This document shows, piece after piece, positions 60,231 to 63,902 of a DNA stretch of 63,902 nt. The DNA is from Candidatus Humimicrobiaceae bacterium (GTDB lineage Bacteria; Actinomycetota; Humimicrobiia; Humimicrobiales; Humimicrobiaceae). The notes under the pieces are model-generated. The model saw only the letters and a list, made by a program, of their open reading frames with translations. It was not told the DNA's origin and did no database searches. Numbering within the stretch: position 1 is the stretch's first letter; the number at the start of each line of letters is the position of its first letter. Both the position numbers and the translations under genes were made by a program. The DNA lies in contig DATBWH010000075.1 of assembly GCA_036514895.1 (NCBI GenBank), forward strand, positions 1 to 63,902, given 5' to 3'.

Positions 60231-60259
60231 ACTATAATAAATTATTATAGAATTGTCAA
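60231..60259 (-). promoter_or_regulatory. Near-consensus sigma-70-type promoter in the polA upstream spacer
   Basis: The minus strand reads TTGACA (60259-60254), a 17-nt spacer, then TATAGT (60236-60231). Confidence 0.4.
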
Positions 60260-60370
60260 TCTTAAAAGAACACATTCCTGCTGTTTTTTAGCAAAAAGAG
60301 TGTAAGTACCTTGTCTATTTTTAATGCACTTCTTGATAATAATCCACTAAAATTGTATTATTCTTAAAGC

Positions 60371-60459
60371 GCCGAAGTGGCGGAACTGGCAGACGCGCTG
60401 GACTCAAAATCCAGTGAACCGCGAGGTTCGTGTCGGTTCGACCCCGACCTTCGGCACCA
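60371..60459 (+). tRNA. tRNA-Leu (anticodon CAA), long variable arm, CCA encoded
   Basis: GCCGAAGUGGCGGAACUGGCAGACGCGCUGGACUCAAAAUCCAGUGAACCGCGAGGUUCGUGUCGGUUCGACCCCGACCUUCGGCACCA. Confidence 0.92.
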
Positions 60460-60471
60460 AAAAAATCTTTA

Positions 60472-61446
60472 TCATAGTGCCAGTATATGAGCAAGCTTAT
60501 ATAACTCCTCGTCTATACCCTTTTTTATTTCAAAGATCTCTTCGAATTTAGATGTTTCTATTTTCATGCTTTTTATACCTACCATACAGTCGCTTTTACC
60601 TTCGATCAATAGATCTACAGCTTTTTTCCCAAATTCTGCAGCTAATATTCTATCCATTGCAGAAGGAGAACCTCCCCTCTGGATATGTCCAAGCACCGAT
60701 ACTCTGACTTCATGGCCCACAAGTAATTTTATCGAGGAAGCAACATCGCCTGCACTGCATACCCCCTCAGACACTATTATCAGGGTATGTCTCTTGCCAG
60801 CTCTATGGTTTTTTATATCGTTTGCAATCTTTACCAGATCGACTTCTATTTCAGGAATCAATATATAATCGGCTCCACAGGCAATCCCTGTGTTGACTGC
60901 TATCATTCCCGATTCCCTTCCCATGACCTCTACTACGAAAATTCTTTCATGTGAAGATGCCGTGTCCCTTATTTTAGAGATTATGTCTATTATTACATTA
61001 AGTGCCGTATCAAACCCTATGCTGTAGTCAGTTCCTGCAATGTCGTTATCTATAGTAGCGGGAATTCCAATAACCTGGACCCCCTGTCCGTGAAGTTCAT
61101 GGGCTCCTTTAAAAGATCCATCTCCGCCAACAACAATCAGTCCTTCTATTTTGTTTTTTTTCAGATTGGCTATAGCCTTTTCCTGTCCTTCCCTGCATTT
61201 AAATTCTTCTGATCTTGCAGAATAAAGAAAAGTGCCCCCTCTATCAATAATTCCACCTACCGAGTTGAGATCCATTACCGTAAAATCGTTAGAAATAAGT
61301 CCTTTATATCCTTCATAAAACCCATAGACATCCAGATTGCGATATATTGCATATCTGGTAACAGTTCTTATAACAGCATTCATTCCGCTGGCATCTCCGC
61401 CACTCGTCAAAAGTGCAATTCTTCTTTTTTCATCCACAGTACTCAC
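60472..61446 (-). CDS. pfkA: ATP-dependent 6-phosphofructokinase
   Basis: 324 aa. It has RIALLTSGGDASGMNAVIR, IGIPATIDND and VLGHIQRGG. Confidence 0.95.
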   Translation of the reverse strand: MSTVDEKRRIALLTSGGDASGMNAVIRTVTRYAIYRNLDVYGFYEGYKGLISNDFTVMDLNSVGGIIDRGGTFLYSARSEEFKCREGQEKAIANLKKNKIEGLIVVGGDGSFKGAHELHGQGVQVIGIPATIDNDIAGTDYSIGFDTALNVIIDIISKIRDTASSHERIFVVEVMGRESGMIAVNTGIACGADYILIPEIEVDLVKIANDIKNHRAGKRHTLIIVSEGVCSAGDVASSIKLLVGHEVRVSVLGHIQRGGSPSAMDRILAAEFGKKAVDLLIEGKSDCMVGIKSMKIETSKFEEIFEIKKGIDEELYKLAHILAL

Positions 61447-61450
61447 TCCT

Positions 61451-62107
61451 TTACTTTCTTCTGCTTTTTAATTCATTAAACACTTCTTCGAGAGTAATCT
61501 TTTTTTCAACCATAAGTACCAATAAATGATAAATCATGTCCGATATCTCATTTATCATATCTTTTTTACCCTGGTGTTTCGAAGACAGAACAACCTCCAT
61601 GCTCTCTTCTCCGAATTTCTTTATTATTTCATCCAGTCCCTTTTTATGAAGCGAATATGTATATGAATCTGAAATTTTATTTTTTATTCTTCCTTCTATA
61701 ACATTATACAACTCGACCAGTATGTTCTCTTTTGAGCTTTCCTTGAAATATTTGCTAAAATCCAGATCCTTATCGGTATCTTTAAGCTTTCTGTAAAAAC
61801 AGCTCTTATTTCCTGTATGACAGGCATTTCCTACCTGTTCCACATTGATAAGCAGTGAATTCCCATAACAATCATATTTTATACTTTTTATTTTCTGTAT
61901 GTTCCCGGACGATTCGCCTTTTTTCCATAAACTTTTTCTGGTCCTGCTCCAGAACCATGTATTTCCGGTATCAAGACTTTTTTTCAGAGACTGCTTACTC
62001 ATATATGCAAGCATAAGGATCTCGCCTGTCTTGTAATCCTGGATAATGGCCGGAACCAGACCAATCTTATCGTTATCTTCTTTACCAGTTTTATTATTTT
62101 TTTTCAT
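61451..62107 (-). CDS. hisI: Bifunctional phosphoribosyl-AMP cyclohydrolase / phosphoribosyl-ATP pyrophosphatase
   Basis: 218 aa. The HisI part has [20 protein letters not shown]...[19 protein letters not shown]...ACHTG. The HisE-like helical C-terminus follows. Confidence 0.9.
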   Translation of the reverse strand: MKKNNKTGKEDNDKIGLVPAIIQDYKTGEILMLAYMSKQSLKKSLDTGNTWFWSRTRKSLWKKGESSGNIQKIKSIKYDCYGNSLLINVEQVGNACHTGNKSCFYRKLKDTDKDLDFSKYFKESSKENILVELYNVIEGRIKNKISDSYTYSLHKKGLDEIIKKFGEESMEVVLSSKHQGKKDMINEISDMIYHLLVLMVEKKITLEEVFNELKSRRK

Positions 62108-62144
62108 AATATTAAGTGATCCTTTTATTTTGATAATTTTTTAC

Positions 62145-62903
62145 TCAAACCCTTACATTTATCCCTTCGGATCTTAAATATTCCTTTGCCTCCCTTATCG
62201 TATTCTGGCGGTAATGGAAAATAGACGCAACAAGAACTGCATCGGCACCTGCATATTTGATTACGTTCTTTAAGTGTTCCAGTTTTCCTGCGCCTCCCGA
62301 AGCTATTACCGGAATATTCACTATGGAAGTGACCCCTCCTGTAAGCTCAATATCATAACCATCCTTTGTCCCATCCCTGTCCATGCTTGTAAGAAGTATC
62401 TCACCGGCACCCAGTTCTTCTACTTTTTTTGCCCATTCGAATACATCTATACCTGCAGGGGTCCGTCCTCCATTTATATATACTTCCCAGATATTTTTAT
62501 CCCTCTTCTTTGCATCTATGGCAATCACTATGCACTGACTTCCAAAGATCTTTGATGCCCTGCTTATCAGGGAAGGGTCTTTTACTGCGGCGGTATTTAT
62601 AGAGATCTTATCCGCACCTTTTTTTAATATTTCCCGTATATGCTCTATTTCGCTTATACCCCCCCCTATGGTATATGGTATAAAGACTTTTTTGGCAGTC
62701 TTGCTGGCAAGATCGACAACTGTACGCCTTTTTTCATGAGAAGCTGTTATATCCAGAAATACTATTTCATCGGCACCTTCTCTATCATAAAAAGCTGCAA
62801 GTTCCACAGGATCTCCCGCATCTTTTATATCTACAAAATGGATTCCTTTAACAACCCTGCCTTTGTCTACGTCAAGACATGGGATTATTCTTTTAGTTAT
62901 CAT
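62145..62903 (-). CDS. hisF: Imidazole glycerol phosphate synthase cyclase subunit
   Basis: I prefer the ATG at 62903 ([12 protein letters not shown]) over the TTG at 62918. It overlaps the hisA 3' end by 11 nt. Confidence 0.95.
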   Translation of the reverse strand: MITKRIIPCLDVDKGRVVKGIHFVDIKDAGDPVELAAFYDREGADEIVFLDITASHEKRRTVVDLASKTAKKVFIPYTIGGGISEIEHIREILKKGADKISINTAAVKDPSLISRASKIFGSQCIVIAIDAKKRDKNIWEVYINGGRTPAGIDVFEWAKKVEELGAGEILLTSMDRDGTKDGYDIELTGGVTSIVNIPVIASGGAGKLEHLKNVIKYAGADAVLVASIFHYRQNTIREAKEYLRSEGINVRV

Positions 62904-63639
62904 CTTTTTGAGCTCCAATCCTTATTGCCTCTCTTAAATTAATTCTATTTTTACCTTCATATAATGCTTTCCCTATTATTACACCTGAAATACCCATATT
63001 CTCGATTTTCTTTAAATTGGCTATATCCTCTATCCTGCCTACGCCTCCGGCAATTATAAATTTTATAACGGAACTTTCCAAAATTTTTTTAATAAATTCT
63101 ATATTTACTCCCTTCAGTGTCCCATCTCTCGATATATCGGTTACAATTGCCTCATCTGCGCTCAACTGTTCGACTTTTTTTATTGATTCAAAAATGCTGA
63201 TTTCCGATTCTTTCTGCCAGCCATTTTTGAATACCATCCCACTGGTACCATAATCAAGACTGATTAGAACTCTATTTTCATAACCGGAGATACTCTCTTT
63301 AAGGAAATCAGCGTCCTCTATGGCTCTGGTTCCCAGTATGACCTTGTCTATGCCTTCATCAAGAATATTCCGTATTGTCTCATGATTCCTTATTCCACCG
63401 CCATACTGTATTTTTATATCCACTTTTTGTTTTATTTCAAGTACCCACTTAAGATTTTGCTGTTTTCCTGTGCGTGCGCCATCCAGATCGATTATATGTA
63501 TCCATTCTGCACCCTCTTCCTTCCACTTCAGGGCTGCTTTTACCGGATCATCAAAATACTTTCTCAGGGTTCCGAAACTGCCCCTTGTCAGCCTTACACA
63601 CGCACCGCCTATCAGGTCGATAGCAGGTATTATTTTCAC
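62893..63639 (-). CDS. hisA: 1-(5-phosphoribosyl)-5-[(5-phosphoribosylamino)methylideneamino]imidazole-4-carboxamide isomerase
   Basis: 248 aa with a GTG start. It begins [17 protein letters not shown]. The GTGA start/stop overlaps hisH. Confidence 0.93.
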   Translation of the reverse strand: MKIIPAIDLIGGACVRLTRGSFGTLRKYFDDPVKAALKWKEEGAEWIHIIDLDGARTGKQQNLKWVLEIKQKVDIKIQYGGGIRNHETIRNILDEGIDKVILGTRAIEDADFLKESISGYENRVLISLDYGTSGMVFKNGWQKESEISIFESIKKVEQLSADEAIVTDISRDGTLKGVNIEFIKKILESSVIKFIIAGGVGRIEDIANLKKIENMGISGVIIGKALYEGKNRINLREAIRIGAQKDDN

Positions 63640-63902
63640 GATCTTCCTTCCTTAACTATTTTCCAAAAGTTTTCCAGGATCTTTAAACCACTTATACTGC
63701 TTTTTTCAGGATGGAATTGAACTCCGTAAATATTTTCATATTCGATACTGGCCGCTATATCCATTCCGTAATCAACTGTACTGCTAATGATATTTTTATT
63801 TTGTGGAATCACATGATAGGAATGAATAAAATAAAAATTTTTTTCCGCTTCTATTCCGTAAAATATTTTACTTTCTTTTTTTAATATATTTAATTGGTTC
63901 CA
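63636..63902 (-). CDS. hisH: Imidazole glycerol phosphate synthase glutaminase subunit, 3' part only (5' end outside the window)
   Basis: The minus-strand frame is open from the window edge to a TGA at 63638-63636. It reads ...FYFIHSYHV...[33 protein letters not shown]. Confidence 0.85.
   Translation of the reverse strand, partial: WNQLNILKKESKIFYGIEAEKNFYFIHSYHVIPQNKNIISSTVDYGMDIAASIEYENIYGVQFHPEKSSISGLKILENFWKIVKEGRS

Overview
A 63.9-kb stretch of an AT-rich bacterial chromosome, almost entirely core metabolism and information processing. About 50 of 55 genes are on the minus strand in tightly packed, often overlapping arrays. From the left:
- a PASTA-domain gene tail and a U32 peptidase;
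- a complete arginine cluster, argC-J-B-D-F-argR-G-H;
- lnt, an FNR-like oxidoreductase and an MBL hydrolase;
- the classical thrS / infC-rpmI-rplT-pheS-pheT cluster, interrupted by an orphan radical-SAM gene;
- tRNA-Gly;
- a plus-strand dnaE-dinB pair behind a promoter that carries a LexA (Cheo-type) box;
- a gene for a ferredoxin:thioredoxin-reductase-like/rubredoxin fusion, coupled to a glutaredoxin-like gene;
- an ABC-2 exporter pair, a decayed gdhA relic, tRNA-Cys, an AmmeMemoRadiSam radical-SAM enzyme, a 4-OT tautomerase and tRNA-Leu(GAG);
- a six-gene Opp/Dpp-type peptide ABC operon;
- secG, gap-pgk-tpiA-gpmI, rapZ and a holin-4-like membrane protein;
- a contiguous uvrB-uvrA-uvrC array preceded by polA-rpsA-coaE;
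- tRNA-Leu(CAA), pfkA, and hisH(partial)-A-F-IE.

I found no CRISPR array, transposase, integrase, prophage or recognisable defence system, and no multi-gene novel system I can defend.

The observations most worth a second look are:
1. The last gene of the opp operon encodes a family-5 solute-binding lipoprotein whose two halves are in swapped order, an apparent circular permutation, compared with the canonical paralog at the head of the same operon.
2. An SOS-box promoter drives an overlapping dnaE-dinB pair.
3. A promoter, hairpin and terminator leader upstream of infC contains a 10-nt antiterminator complementarity.
4. A gdhA remnant has its N- and C-termini fused and carries a 10-bp tandem duplication.
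5. coaE has no ATG, GTG or TTG start.

Everything was read by eye. No database search or folding program was run.
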